32,000 nucleotides of DNA from Candidatus Thorarchaeota archaeon (lineage in GTDB: Archaea; Asgardarchaeota; Heimdallarchaeia; Hodarchaeales; Hodarchaeaceae), in assembly GCA_048882505.1 (NCBI GenBank), contig JBHLRO010000001.1, forward strand, positions 30,001-62,000. Direction: 5' to 3'. The position numbers and the translations under genes are program-made. The notes below the pieces were generated by a model. It was not told the DNA's origin. It did not search any database and saw only the letters and a program-made list of their open reading frames with translations. The first letter of the stretch is position 1; every line of letters begins with the position of its first letter. Of this stretch, positions 9,264 to 18,726 are shown in pieces.

Positions 9264-9644
9264 AAAAGGCCATCCTCGCTTGAAACCATCTCGTTGGAGA
9301 GTTTAGTTCAAGAAAAAAGAATAAATGTCCTTTCTGGCAAGAACAAATTTCAGTGGTGATTATTGGGAGATTTAGGGTTTTTGGGGTCGTGCATTATTTG
9401 CATTGGTAAACCACTGGAGGCCTTTTAAACTCACACTAGTTGAATCGAAGAGAAAACGGTTTAAAGCAGCTCGTTACTTGCAGACCCACTAGATAATGTA
9501 TGGAAGTTTGTTATCCTGAATTCACGTCGTCGTTCGATAGGAATACCTAAGACACAAGAAAGCGACCAGACATCAGATGAAAAAAGAGCAGAGGTACTTG
9601 CTTCTTTAGACTCCCTCCAGAAGAAACAGAAAAAAGACGGTGTC

Positions 9645-10187
9645 GTGACAAAAAAATCGTTTTCAAGACCGATCATCATCGGATCGCTTTTCATTATCGT
9701 AATTTTAGCGATTGGTTTACTCTCATTTGGCGATCTAGCGTCCATACAGCCTAAAAACGATGAAAACTCAATAATTGCAGACAACATTTCTCAAACCGAC
9801 TTTTCCTTTCAGTTACTAGATGGCGGTATCGTTAGTTTGTCTGATTATATCGGCAAACCAATTATATTAGATTTTTTTGCCACATGGTGCCTTCCTTGTA
9901 TCGATGTAATCGCAGTGCTGAAACAGGTTCGATCTATATATCCACAGGTTCAAATTCTATCGGTTTCGGCCAGTCTCGACGATGATCTTCCAACACTAAC
10001 CTCGTTCAAAGCCCAGCATTCTATGGAGTGGGTTGTAGGTTTTGATTACTCCCAAGAAGGTGCAATCAAATATCAGGTCAACTTTATCCCAACACTTGTC
10101 TTTATCAATGACAACGGAATCATCCGTCACTGGGAACAAGGAGTTACTAGTTTTAATGATTTATCACGTTGGATTCAACAAGGCTGA
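9645..10187 (+). CDS. TlpA/ResA-like membrane-anchored thiol-disulfide oxidoreductase
   Basis: N-terminal TM anchor, KPIILDFFATWCLPC (CxxC), cis-Pro loop FIPTLVFI. The frame stays open upstream to 9465, so the start may be earlier. Confidence 0.92.
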   Translation: MTKKSFSRPIIIGSLFIIVILAIGLLSFGDLASIQPKNDENSIIADNISQTDFSFQLLDGGIVSLSDYIGKPIILDFFATWCLPCIDVIAVLKQVRSIYPQVQILSVSASLDDDLPTLTSFKAQHSMEWVVGFDYSQEGAIKYQVNFIPTLVFINDNGIIRHWEQGVTSFNDLSRWIQQG

Positions 10188-10233
10188 TATGATCACTTTA
10201 GATTCGAAATCTTTTGCATTCTGAGGATTTATC

Positions 10234-10986
10234 ATGCTTATTTACGGCATTGAGATTGATGAATCCATTGGATTGCCTCTCTTTTTTATAGTTGGGCTTT
10301 ATATCGCATTATCACCGTGTCTATTTCCCATCATGCCACTTACAGTCTTTAGAGTTCTGGATAAGACGACCTCGAATCAAATAGAAACCACCAGGTCACA
10401 CACTAGAACGCAGGCTCTCCAATGGGTTATTTTTCTAGCTAGTGGGATAGTAGTTGCCTTTGTTGGTGCTTCAATCATTTATCTGTATATCTGGCAACAA
10501 TTAGGGTTATTTCTGACCAATATGTATCTCCCACTTACCTACCTCCTCGGAATCCTCCTCATTTTAACAGGAATTCTTTTTTTATCTCCCCGACTAGGAA
10601 AATTGACCTTTGGACGAATTCCTATCCCTCAGCGTGTAACTGAGGTTATGCAGAAAGAAACCTATCGAAATCTAGACCTGTTTATTCTTGGAATGGGTTA
10701 TTCCATAATTGCTTTACCCTGTGCATTCCCTGCCTTCATTCTACTACTTGCGTTAGTTACAACTGCAAGCAATGTAGTATTCACTACCGTCGGAATGACG
10801 TTGTTTTCTATTGGAGTGTTCCTTCCGTACTTTCTTCTGATATTTTTCCCTATATTGCAGCTTTCTTCCTTTATTAAGAGACGATATCGTGTATTTGAGG
10901 GGATGGTCGGAATACTCGTTATTACAATGGGACTGTTGTTTCTATGGCCGCTTTTCGGTGGGCCAACTTTATTTCTTTTGGGCTAG
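10234..10986 (+). CDS. ccdA: CcdA/DsbD-like transmembrane electron transfer protein
   Basis: LSPCLFPIMP and ALPCAFP redox-active Cys motifs, about 6 TM segments, directly downstream of a TlpA-like gene. Confidence 0.88.
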   Translation: MLIYGIEIDESIGLPLFFIVGLYIALSPCLFPIMPLTVFRVLDKTTSNQIETTRSHTRTQALQWVIFLASGIVVAFVGASIIYLYIWQQLGLFLTNMYLPLTYLLGILLILTGILFLSPRLGKLTFGRIPIPQRVTEVMQKETYRNLDLFILGMGYSIIALPCAFPAFILLLALVTTASNVVFTTVGMTLFSIGVFLPYFLLIFFPILQLSSFIKRRYRVFEGMVGILVITMGLLFLWPLFGGPTLFLLG

Positions 10987-12188
10987 GACGAAAATCCTTC
11001 TTTCGTGGAATGTTTTGGACTAACATAATCCATCTTTATGAGGATCGTTGAAGTTGAAACTAGCTTAAGACCATCGCTTAATACGTCTTTAAATTTAAGA
11101 ACCTTGATCTCCTGAGGGAGCAGAGAAAGTATCTTTAGGAACTTCTGGATTCCATTAATCTCTGTACCCAGGACGCCGAGCTCTTCTTTAATAGCCTCCC
11201 CTACGATAGTTAAGTAGACGGCTTCTAGCCGAGGAGTCAGATTTAACGAAGCACCGTAGTGATAGAATTTCGTTTGCTTTGAATTCCATGTTGAAAACTC
11301 CGCGTTAAGATGATTGTGTTGTTGTCTCCCCCAGCTCTTTAATGCTTTGCGGGTCCAGCTTTTTTGGTCCAACAATTGCCTGAAACTTGGTAGATCTGAG
11401 GTAGTAACGAGGAAAACCAATGGATTTTGTTGCAGGTATCGAAATACCTGGAAAAGAACTTTCGAATTAAAACGTTGCTCTCGATATTCTTTGAGTTCAA
11501 TCCAACATTCTCTGCCCTGAAATCTCCCAATTAAGTCAGGAGCAAGAAGTACCCCGTCATCATTTTGGAGATCTTCTTCGTCCTCAACTTCGCTATGTTC
11601 TTGGAGATCTTCAAATCCAGATTCGCTTAGGAAGACTTTTAGATGCTCAATACTCCTAGGATGGTGGTCAGAAATAGGTTTCTGAATTTCTTCCTCTTGA
11701 TAATCTCTTCCCATGATCCTCTCCAGATGTGCCTCAATCGCGGCAATTTCGTGGAAGTCGCCGTTTCGACTTTTTTCATGCAGGATCTTCTTTAAATCCT
11801 CCAAATCAGGGATTTTTGGTCGAAGTTGCCTGTCAATGGCTTCATTCCTAAGAAAAATTGAGGAATATCGTCCTTTCTTTCGATCCGCTCGCGTTGGCAT
11901 CCCAAAACATGCACGGAGAGAGTTGGGAGTATGAAACATCATTGGATATTGTCTGATAAAATGGATTCCTGCGGCTATTGCGCTTTCACGATAGAGCTTG
12001 CGATCCTCTAGGTTCCAATTTAAAGTTTCAATAGGGGAAAATTCCTCCAATCGTCGAATCACAGCATCTACTCTATCTTTCACACCGTTGGTCTCTCCAA
12101 GACTTTGTACTCCCTGAAGGTCACTTGGATGTGAATTCAAATAACGTTTAATGCGGGAAAATACTTTTTTTCGTGCTTCTACGCCCAT
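10983..12188 (-). CDS. Hypothetical protein with a PD-(D/E)XK nuclease-like motif
   Basis: APDLIGRFQGRECWIELKEY (PD...ExK) followed by FQVFRY (QxxxY). Long 401-aa ORF; product call from motifs only. Confidence 0.6.
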   Translation of the reverse strand: MGVEARKKVFSRIKRYLNSHPSDLQGVQSLGETNGVKDRVDAVIRRLEEFSPIETLNWNLEDRKLYRESAIAAGIHFIRQYPMMFHTPNSLRACFGMPTRADRKKGRYSSIFLRNEAIDRQLRPKIPDLEDLKKILHEKSRNGDFHEIAAIEAHLERIMGRDYQEEEIQKPISDHHPRSIEHLKVFLSESGFEDLQEHSEVEDEEDLQNDDGVLLAPDLIGRFQGRECWIELKEYREQRFNSKVLFQVFRYLQQNPLVFLVTTSDLPSFRQLLDQKSWTRKALKSWGRQQHNHLNAEFSTWNSKQTKFYHYGASLNLTPRLEAVYLTIVGEAIKEELGVLGTEINGIQKFLKILSLLPQEIKVLKFKDVLSDGLKLVSTSTILIKMDYVSPKHSTKEGFSS

Positions 12189-12617
12189 TTAGCAATGTGG
12201 CCCCCGTGGATATCCTTTTTTTCTTTTTCCTTGTCAAAAACCCTAAAATAGAGTGAATTTATAGAGTCTTTGATATAAGATTAAGCTGATATGTCACGAG
12301 AATTGGAAACCGTCCTGGTAAAAGAGATATCAGTTTGTTCCTTTGGAAAACCATAGAGAGTCTTACAAGGTAATCTTTCACCAGAGAAAAAATCCCAATC
12401 TTGAAAATTCTTTTTATTCACAGACTACCCAGCTCGCTGGGAAACAGCAAACTTCCTTAAGATCGGTGAGTTTAAACAATAATAAATTGAAAGGCTTAAA
12501 AAACCATAGAAAAATCATGCAGATGTTGTTAAATACCCAATAAAAGGCATTTTGCCCTGATACTAATTGTTTAGTAGCAGTTCTTGATTTGTCTTTGCAA
12601 AATATAAGGGATCAGAT

Positions 12618-14051
12618 TTGATTAACGAGCTAACTATTCTCTCGTACTTCCTGATTATGTTTCTGATGAATATCTATAATATTGACATGATTTTTATCAC
12701 CGTCCGCTACATCTTTTTTAGGATATTCAAGAAGCCAATCCAAGATTACGATTTGGATTCCATTGGCGGGGTTACCATTCAGATCCCTATCTACAATGAA
12801 GAACCGAGTATGATCAATAAGCTTCTCAATAGTATTTGCCAACAAACCTTTCCTTTGGAAAGAATCGAGATTATAATCATAGATCAGACTGATGTCAAAA
12901 AAATCAAGGATCAAACCAAGGCTGTTGTGAACCAATTTACTGATCGTCTTTCTATAAAATTGATATACAAGGATAGGTTTGGGGATGGAAAAAATGCTTC
13001 TACTAAGTTTGTAGCGGGAGCATTAAACTTGGCAACTCAATATACAACAAACAATATTATTGCAGTAATTGCTGGGGATAGTTACTTACACAAAGACTTC
13101 CTTAGAAAATCTTTACCTCATTTCGAGCGTAACGATGTTGGTTTTGTACTAGCTAGAAATGCGTTTCCTCACGATGACTTTTTAACCCGATTAACCAGAT
13201 TAATATATAATCCCGGTTACATTTTCGCAATAATGAAAGGATCAATGAATTTTCCAAATTTCATAACAGGAAATGGTGCCGTGTTAAGGAAGGAAATTGT
13301 GGAGGAGATGCCATGGGATACTATGAGTGAAGACATTTATATGTCTATTAACGCAAGAATTCGGGGATGGAACGTATTGGCTGAGAAGGACGCAATTGTG
13401 TATAATGTAGGGGCACCAGTTAGCTTCAAAGCCTTCAAAAAGACCTATAAAAGGGCGGCTTTTGGTCAAACCCAGGCAATTAAAAAGCTTTTTAACGATA
13501 AAAATGCTCGATCGTTGGCCTTAAGAGATCTTCAATTATTGATTCATATTTCACCAACCATTGTACTACCACTGTTACTTACACTCATTCCGCTGAATCT
13601 CGTCTTATTTTCCATAAATATCAGTCAAGACCTTGGTTTCTTCATCATTTTCATCCTCTTGGGATTTACTGGCATGTTTGTTGGGATTTTCACGATAATT
13701 TCTACTTGGATGTTTGGAAGAATGACCGATCTGATATTCTATCCCTTGTTATTAGTTTATACGATCATGATTCTTGTGCCATCGACTATAGGTCTTACTA
13801 GATCGCTCATTAATAAACCAGAACCCTTTTATAGAACTCAAAGAGCAAGTGAAAGTAATCCCGTTATTGATTTAGATATCAAGGTATTTGAGGCTTCAAT
13901 GGTAATAATACTGGCAATCTTAACTGTTTTTTACATTGGATTGAGCAACTTTCAGGGTGCATTTTTCTTTCTTGGGTTTCTTGTGATCACCTTATTCAGT
14001 ATGACCAATATGAGAGTTAGCAGAAGCGAAAATGTCGAATCTCTTGCGTAA
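12618..14051 (+). CDS. GT2 family, cellulose-synthase-like membrane glycosyltransferase with divergent catalytic motifs
   Basis: VTIQIPIYNE, AGALN, TGNGAVLRK and DTMSED motifs; one N-terminal TM and several C-terminal TMs. DxD and QxxRW are not canonical. Confidence 0.85.
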   Translation: MINELTILSYFLIMFLMNIYNIDMIFITVRYIFFRIFKKPIQDYDLDSIGGVTIQIPIYNEEPSMINKLLNSICQQTFPLERIEIIIIDQTDVKKIKDQTKAVVNQFTDRLSIKLIYKDRFGDGKNASTKFVAGALNLATQYTTNNIIAVIAGDSYLHKDFLRKSLPHFERNDVGFVLARNAFPHDDFLTRLTRLIYNPGYIFAIMKGSMNFPNFITGNGAVLRKEIVEEMPWDTMSEDIYMSINARIRGWNVLAEKDAIVYNVGAPVSFKAFKKTYKRAAFGQTQAIKKLFNDKNARSLALRDLQLLIHISPTIVLPLLLTLIPLNLVLFSINISQDLGFFIIFILLGFTGMFVGIFTIISTWMFGRMTDLIFYPLLLVYTIMILVPSTIGLTRSLINKPEPFYRTQRASESNPVIDLDIKVFEASMVIILAILTVFYIGLSNFQGAFFFLGFLVITLFSMTNMRVSRSENVESLA

Positions 14052-14112
14052 CCAATATTACGAATAATCCCAAATATGTGACCGAGACAATATTCTCTTC
14101 CTGGCGATTTTC

Positions 14113-15270
14113 ATGCAGATTTCAGATATTCCGCCTTGGAATCGGTATTATACACAACTACTTTCAATCATTAGAGATTTGGGTGCCCTGAAAGTTGTAT
14201 TTTTTATCCTAATTATCGGTCACTTTATCATAGGCGCTATGGTGAACCCTTTGGTCACCAGTGATTTTGAAAGAAATCTCTTTTACGGTAGGGCCTTCTG
14301 GCAATATGGATTCGCTGTATATGATAAAACCCCTCTCGATATAGATCCAAATTATCGCATAGGAGATCCCTCATCGGGATTACTATCCTATCCGAATACC
14401 ACCTTTGATTATCCCTCTCTCCAATTGCTTTTTTGGGCTGTTTTAGCTCCCTTACCAGTTGCCCCTATCCTTGCGAAGTGGGTCCTATCAGTGATTGATA
14501 TTACCAACTTCTTTCTCCTGATCCTTTTGTTTCGCAGGGAAAAACTCTCTTATCAAGGTAATAAGAATCTTGAAACATCAGAAGTCCTGTTTTCCCTCTC
14601 GTACCTGCTTTTTTCTATTCCATTTTCGGCTATTGAGGGTCAATCAACCGCATTGACTGTCTTTTTCTTACTGCTTCCGATATTTCTTCGCCCATATAAC
14701 AAGATTCTAAGCTATTTGAGTATTGGCATTGGCTTTAACTGGAAATATGTATCTGTCTTGTTGTTGCCTTATTTTGCCTTTCTTGATAGACATAGAGTGA
14801 AACTGCTAGTCACTGGAGTTTTAACAATGAGTATGACCATCCTGGCATTTTCTTTCCCATTACTTGTTTCAAATTACATTCTCACTTATTTCGGGCATTT
14901 CGGAAACTTGGGAGAATATTCTGGACAACTGGCCTCAAACCCTCTATTAATACTTCATCCTAGTGTCTCCTCTTTACTCTCTACAGGGGTGCTTATATTG
15001 GCTTTTTTCTATTGGTTTGGAGTACTTTCAACCAGTGCCTCCACAACAAAGAGGTCCGAGAGCGTCCTCACGAGGTTTTATTGGTCTCCCTTTGTCATTT
15101 TGCTTGGGTTCTTAAAGATATATGCGACTGCATTTCCATGGTACTGGATGTGGTTTTACCCCTGCTTATCAGTCATTCCGCTCAAGGAGCGTCGGTTGTT
15201 TACAATTTTGTTGGGAATTACCTTGTTTATTGGAATCTTTGACTTCATTGGAATGACCATCGGATATTAA
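14113..15270 (+). CDS. GT-C-like (GT87/PIG-M-like) polytopic membrane glycosyltransferase candidate
   Basis: Acidic first loop (SDFE...FDYPSLQLLFW), EGQ..L, GFNWKYVSVLLLP and FPWYWMW motifs; about 9-11 TM segments; next to a GT2. Confidence 0.6.
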   Translation: MQISDIPPWNRYYTQLLSIIRDLGALKVVFFILIIGHFIIGAMVNPLVTSDFERNLFYGRAFWQYGFAVYDKTPLDIDPNYRIGDPSSGLLSYPNTTFDYPSLQLLFWAVLAPLPVAPILAKWVLSVIDITNFFLLILLFRREKLSYQGNKNLETSEVLFSLSYLLFSIPFSAIEGQSTALTVFFLLLPIFLRPYNKILSYLSIGIGFNWKYVSVLLLPYFAFLDRHRVKLLVTGVLTMSMTILAFSFPLLVSNYILTYFGHFGNLGEYSGQLASNPLLILHPSVSSLLSTGVLILAFFYWFGVLSTSASTTKRSESVLTRFYWSPFVILLGFLKIYATAFPWYWMWFYPCLSVIPLKERRLFTILLGITLFIGIFDFIGMTIGY

Positions 15271-15340
15271 AATCCATTTGTATCAGTTCGGGAGTTCTCT
15301 CTTTTTACTCTGGGCTTTACCTGTCAGATTTTGTTGTTAT

Positions 15341-15380
15341 CAAAAATTATATATATTGGAAAATTGCGTCAATTTCGCAA
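15341..15380 (+). promoter_or_regulatory. BRE/TATA promoter with downstream inverted repeat TTGCG-N7-CGCAA
   Basis: CAAAAA-TTATATAT at 15341-15354; TTGCG (15364-15368) and CGCAA (15376-15380). Confidence 0.45.
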
Positions 15381-15448
15381 ATAAAGAAATTTTGTTTATT
15401 CCAATTAATTCCGTTTTGAAAGTCTAAGTGCAAAAGGCGGGTACCAAA

Positions 15449-16180
15449 ATGGCTGAATCCAAAACTATAGCCGTAAAAGTCTCTAATGTCCATCGTGATT
15501 TCCATATTGGAGAAATAACCATTAAAGCTCTGCGTGGAATTAATATGGAAGTCTACGAAGGAGAATTTGCTGTTGTATTGGGCCCAAGTGGGTCTGGAAA
15601 AACCACATTACTTAACCAGATTGGTGGCATTGATTCTCCCACCAGGGGGAGCGTGAAAATAGGTGGAAAAGAGATCACTCAGTGGCCGAGTGGGAAACTA
15701 TCCGAATATCGTCGTAATAAGGTTGGCTGGATCTTCCAATTTTTTAATCTTATTCCCTCTTTACGGGCTTGGGAGAATGTAGCCCTTTCTTTGGAATTTA
15801 AAGGGGAACGAAATGAGATGAAACAAAGAGCCGAAAGTATGTTGAAGTCTGTTGGCCTACATGACAAAATAAATCGGTTTCCAAGCCAACTTTCTGGTGG
15901 AGAACAACAGAGAGTGGCCATAGCTCGTGCGCTGGTTAAAAACCCAGAAATCGTTGTTGCTGATGAACCCACTGGAAACTTAGATTACGTAACAGGTCAA
16001 AAGATTTCCGAGCTCATGAAAGAACTCAATGAGAAATTTGGCGGAACCTATATCGTTGTTTCACATGATATTAGCATTACAGAGAAGGCCCATCGAGTAT
16101 TTCATCTTCGAGATGGCCAAATTGTGTCGCTTGAGGATTTCCCTACAGTCAAAAGGATAAAAAAGGTGACTAGTGTTTGA
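15449..16180 (+). CDS. ABC transporter ATP-binding protein, LolD/MacB-like
   Basis: [43 protein letters not shown] 15449 is preferred over GTG 15428. Confidence 0.96.
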   Translation: MAESKTIAVKVSNVHRDFHIGEITIKALRGINMEVYEGEFAVVLGPSGSGKTTLLNQIGGIDSPTRGSVKIGGKEITQWPSGKLSEYRRNKVGWIFQFFNLIPSLRAWENVALSLEFKGERNEMKQRAESMLKSVGLHDKINRFPSQLSGGEQQRVAIARALVKNPEIVVADEPTGNLDYVTGQKISELMKELNEKFGGTYIVVSHDISITEKAHRVFHLRDGQIVSLEDFPTVKRIKKVTSV

Positions 16181-18615
16181 GGATTCTCACAAAGAAAATC
16201 TTCAGGGAATTTCGGTTTAATAAATTCCGTTCATTTGTGATTGTCATTACCGTAGCCATTACAATGACTTTAGGTCTAGGTTTACTTAATGTAAAAGATT
16301 CTTACGATGAAACTATTGCTGCGCATCACGAGAACCTTAACAATGCCGATCTCCGTATCCGATTGAACGAATATATTCCAAGAGACAATATTTCCGCTTG
16401 GTTAGCAAAGCAGGAAGTCAAAGAAGCAGGGGTTGAAAATCTTGAAGGACGAATTTTTCTCTATACTTCTGTGGAATATAAGGGCGAGAATTATAAGGCA
16501 TATACTATCGGGGTAGATTTCTCATTGAACGAGATCAACACTCTAAAGCTCGCTCTAGGAGAGAAACCATCCGGAAACTCTGAAATATTGCTTGAAAAGC
16601 ATTTTAAAGCCCCATTTCTTAGTGGACCAACCCCTATTGAGGTGAACGAATCACTTCGGGTTTCATATGGACCCTTTTCTGAGAATTTTACCATTTCGGG
16701 GATTGCCATTGATTCGGATTATTTTTACCCCGTGGATGAACAGACAAATTCGGCGGCCTTTAACGGGGAGTTATGCATTATCTATGTTCCTATTGCCCGT
16801 CTTGAAGCGTTTCTGGGGATGAAAGGAGCCAATGAAATACTAGTTAAAACCACCGCTCGCTCCCACAATGCCAGTCAAACCGCAGATCGTGTTCTTTCTG
16901 ATTACATTGGATCCGAAAGGATACAAAAGGTTCTTTATTGGGATAAGACACCTGATTACGAGTTTTTTCAGTTCGATAATCCTCATGACAAATTTGGTTT
17001 AGTTTTTGGGATTTTTGGCTTAATTGCAGGCGCAACCGCCATTTATAACTCATTAAGTAAACTCGTTCAAGCACAAAGGACTCACATTGGCTTGTATGGC
17101 GCCTTGGGTGCGAAAAAGCGTAGCGTTTTTTCTCATTATCTGGGATTTGGAGTAATCCTCGGTCTCATCGGTATCGGTATCGGGTGGTTTGGAGCGATGG
17201 GCCTGAGTATGGTTGCAGTTAGCATTAGGGGTGATTGGCATGGTTTTACTGTCATTAAAATAGGACAAGATCCAATCATTTGGATAGGAGGATCTCTCTT
17301 TTCTGTCATTTTCATCAGCGTGGTTTCATTTATGGCAACGATGCCTGTATTACGTCTTACGCCACGTGAAGCTATGGTTGCTCCATATTCAAAGAGCCAA
17401 CTTGGCCAAGAGCCTCTTATGGAGAAGATTTTGAGACCATTCAGGATATTTCGACGATTCAGCACAAAAATCCCTCTTAGAACAGTATTTATGAATAAGA
17501 AGCGTTCATTATCGACATTGATAGCTGTTGCTACATCGATGATAATTCTGGTTGCTGCAGGAAGTCTCGTTTTTGATTTAGTTTATACTATGGATCAGAA
17601 TTTTACATTATATGAGAAACACGATGTAAATGTTTATCTACAGAAGCCTTCCTCCGAATTCTCTATCAAAGCTTACGTTCAAACCATTGATGGGATCGAT
17701 AAGGTAGAAGGATACATCGGAACTAATGTTTTTATTTCTGATTTCAACGATGAAGTTGTCCGGGCTCCTATCCATTTATTCCATGAAAATTCGACGCTGA
17801 GATCTTACCACGTCGTTATTGGAGACCAAAATTTCGAGATGAGCGATTTGGGAAAAGACACGATTCTGATTGGAAGTGAACTCGCAAAAGAACACGGAAT
17901 TAGAGTTGGGGACGTTATAAAGGTGGTGTTTGACCCAGTTAATGTCTTCAATCTGGAAATTGTTGGGATCACTGGCGAACTGTTTGATACCGCGCTTCTG
18001 TGGACGATTGAAGGATTGCAGCAGAATACTGCATTTATGCAGGGTATTGCAACCTCTGGAAATGTTACCGGGTTTGTTTTCAACTATAGCGGTACGGTAA
18101 CTGAGGCTCGCAAGGCTGAAATTAAATCACAGATTGTTGATCGATATTTTCCCTACGTTTATTCAGAGACAAATGAGATCTTGGTCACAATAGGATCAAT
18201 GATGGAGGCCATGATGGGGCTGTTAATTTTCATTGGTTTGCTAGGTTTAACTGCGTTAATACTTTTTACGTTTTCTAGCATGTCACTGGCGATGATGGAT
18301 CGGGAGATGGAATTCTTGGCTTTGAGAGCAATGGGATCAAAACGTCGAACGATTATGAAGGTGATTTTTCTAGAAAACGCGCTTTATGGTGTTTTTGGAC
18401 TCATAATCGGTATTCCATTGAGTCTTGCGTTATTGCAGCCAAGTTATGATTATTTGATTGAGGAAATTTATATGCCAGTATATGTCCCGTTAGATCTTTG
18501 GATCATTGTGATAAGCTCTATAATTTTCAGTGTATTTCTCTCCACGGCTCTCCTGGCTTGGAGGACTTGGCGTAGTTCTCTTCCAGATATGTTGTACCAC
18601 CGGGGAATTTCTTAG
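16177..18615 (+). CDS. Type VII ABC (FtsX/MacB-like) permease, tandem-duplicated form
   Basis: Two FtsX halves (AQRTHIGLYGALG; DREMEFLALRAMG); TTGA overlap with the ATPase stop. Confidence 0.92.
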   Translation: MRILTKKIFREFRFNKFRSFVIVITVAITMTLGLGLLNVKDSYDETIAAHHENLNNADLRIRLNEYIPRDNISAWLAKQEVKEAGVENLEGRIFLYTSVEYKGENYKAYTIGVDFSLNEINTLKLALGEKPSGNSEILLEKHFKAPFLSGPTPIEVNESLRVSYGPFSENFTISGIAIDSDYFYPVDEQTNSAAFNGELCIIYVPIARLEAFLGMKGANEILVKTTARSHNASQTADRVLSDYIGSERIQKVLYWDKTPDYEFFQFDNPHDKFGLVFGIFGLIAGATAIYNSLSKLVQAQRTHIGLYGALGAKKRSVFSHYLGFGVILGLIGIGIGWFGAMGLSMVAVSIRGDWHGFTVIKIGQDPIIWIGGSLFSVIFISVVSFMATMPVLRLTPREAMVAPYSKSQLGQEPLMEKILRPFRIFRRFSTKIPLRTVFMNKKRSLSTLIAVATSMIILVAAGSLVFDLVYTMDQNFTLYEKHDVNVYLQKPSSEFSIKAYVQTIDGIDKVEGYIGTNVFISDFNDEVVRAPIHLFHENSTLRSYHVVIGDQNFEMSDLGKDTILIGSELAKEHGIRVGDVIKVVFDPVNVFNLEIVGITGELFDTALLWTIEGLQQNTAFMQGIATSGNVTGFVFNYSGTVTEARKAEIKSQIVDRYFPYVYSETNEILVTIGSMMEAMMGLLIFIGLLGLTALILFTFSSMSLAMMDREMEFLALRAMGSKRRTIMKVIFLENALYGVFGLIIGIPLSLALLQPSYDYLIEEIYMPVYVPLDLWIIVISSIIFSVFLSTALLAWRTWRSSLPDMLYHRGIS

Positions 18616-18726
18616 CCGTTACATTCTCCACAAGAATTTTGATCTTCCCCCAGGAGGATTCAGCAATGGTTTTACTTTCTATCCGCAAAGTGTCATTATG
18701 TGATCTAATTGGGTATTTGAAGGAGA

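Noticed and set aside
12347-12510. 11-bp direct repeat AAAACCATAGA at 12347-12357 and 12500-12510
   Set aside because: Only two copies of an A-rich 11-mer 153 bp apart, with no transposase or array structure; plausibly chance.
12343-12543. 66-aa ORF in the intergenic region
   Set aside because: TTG start, no recognisable motif, low-complexity AT-rich context; probably promoter DNA.
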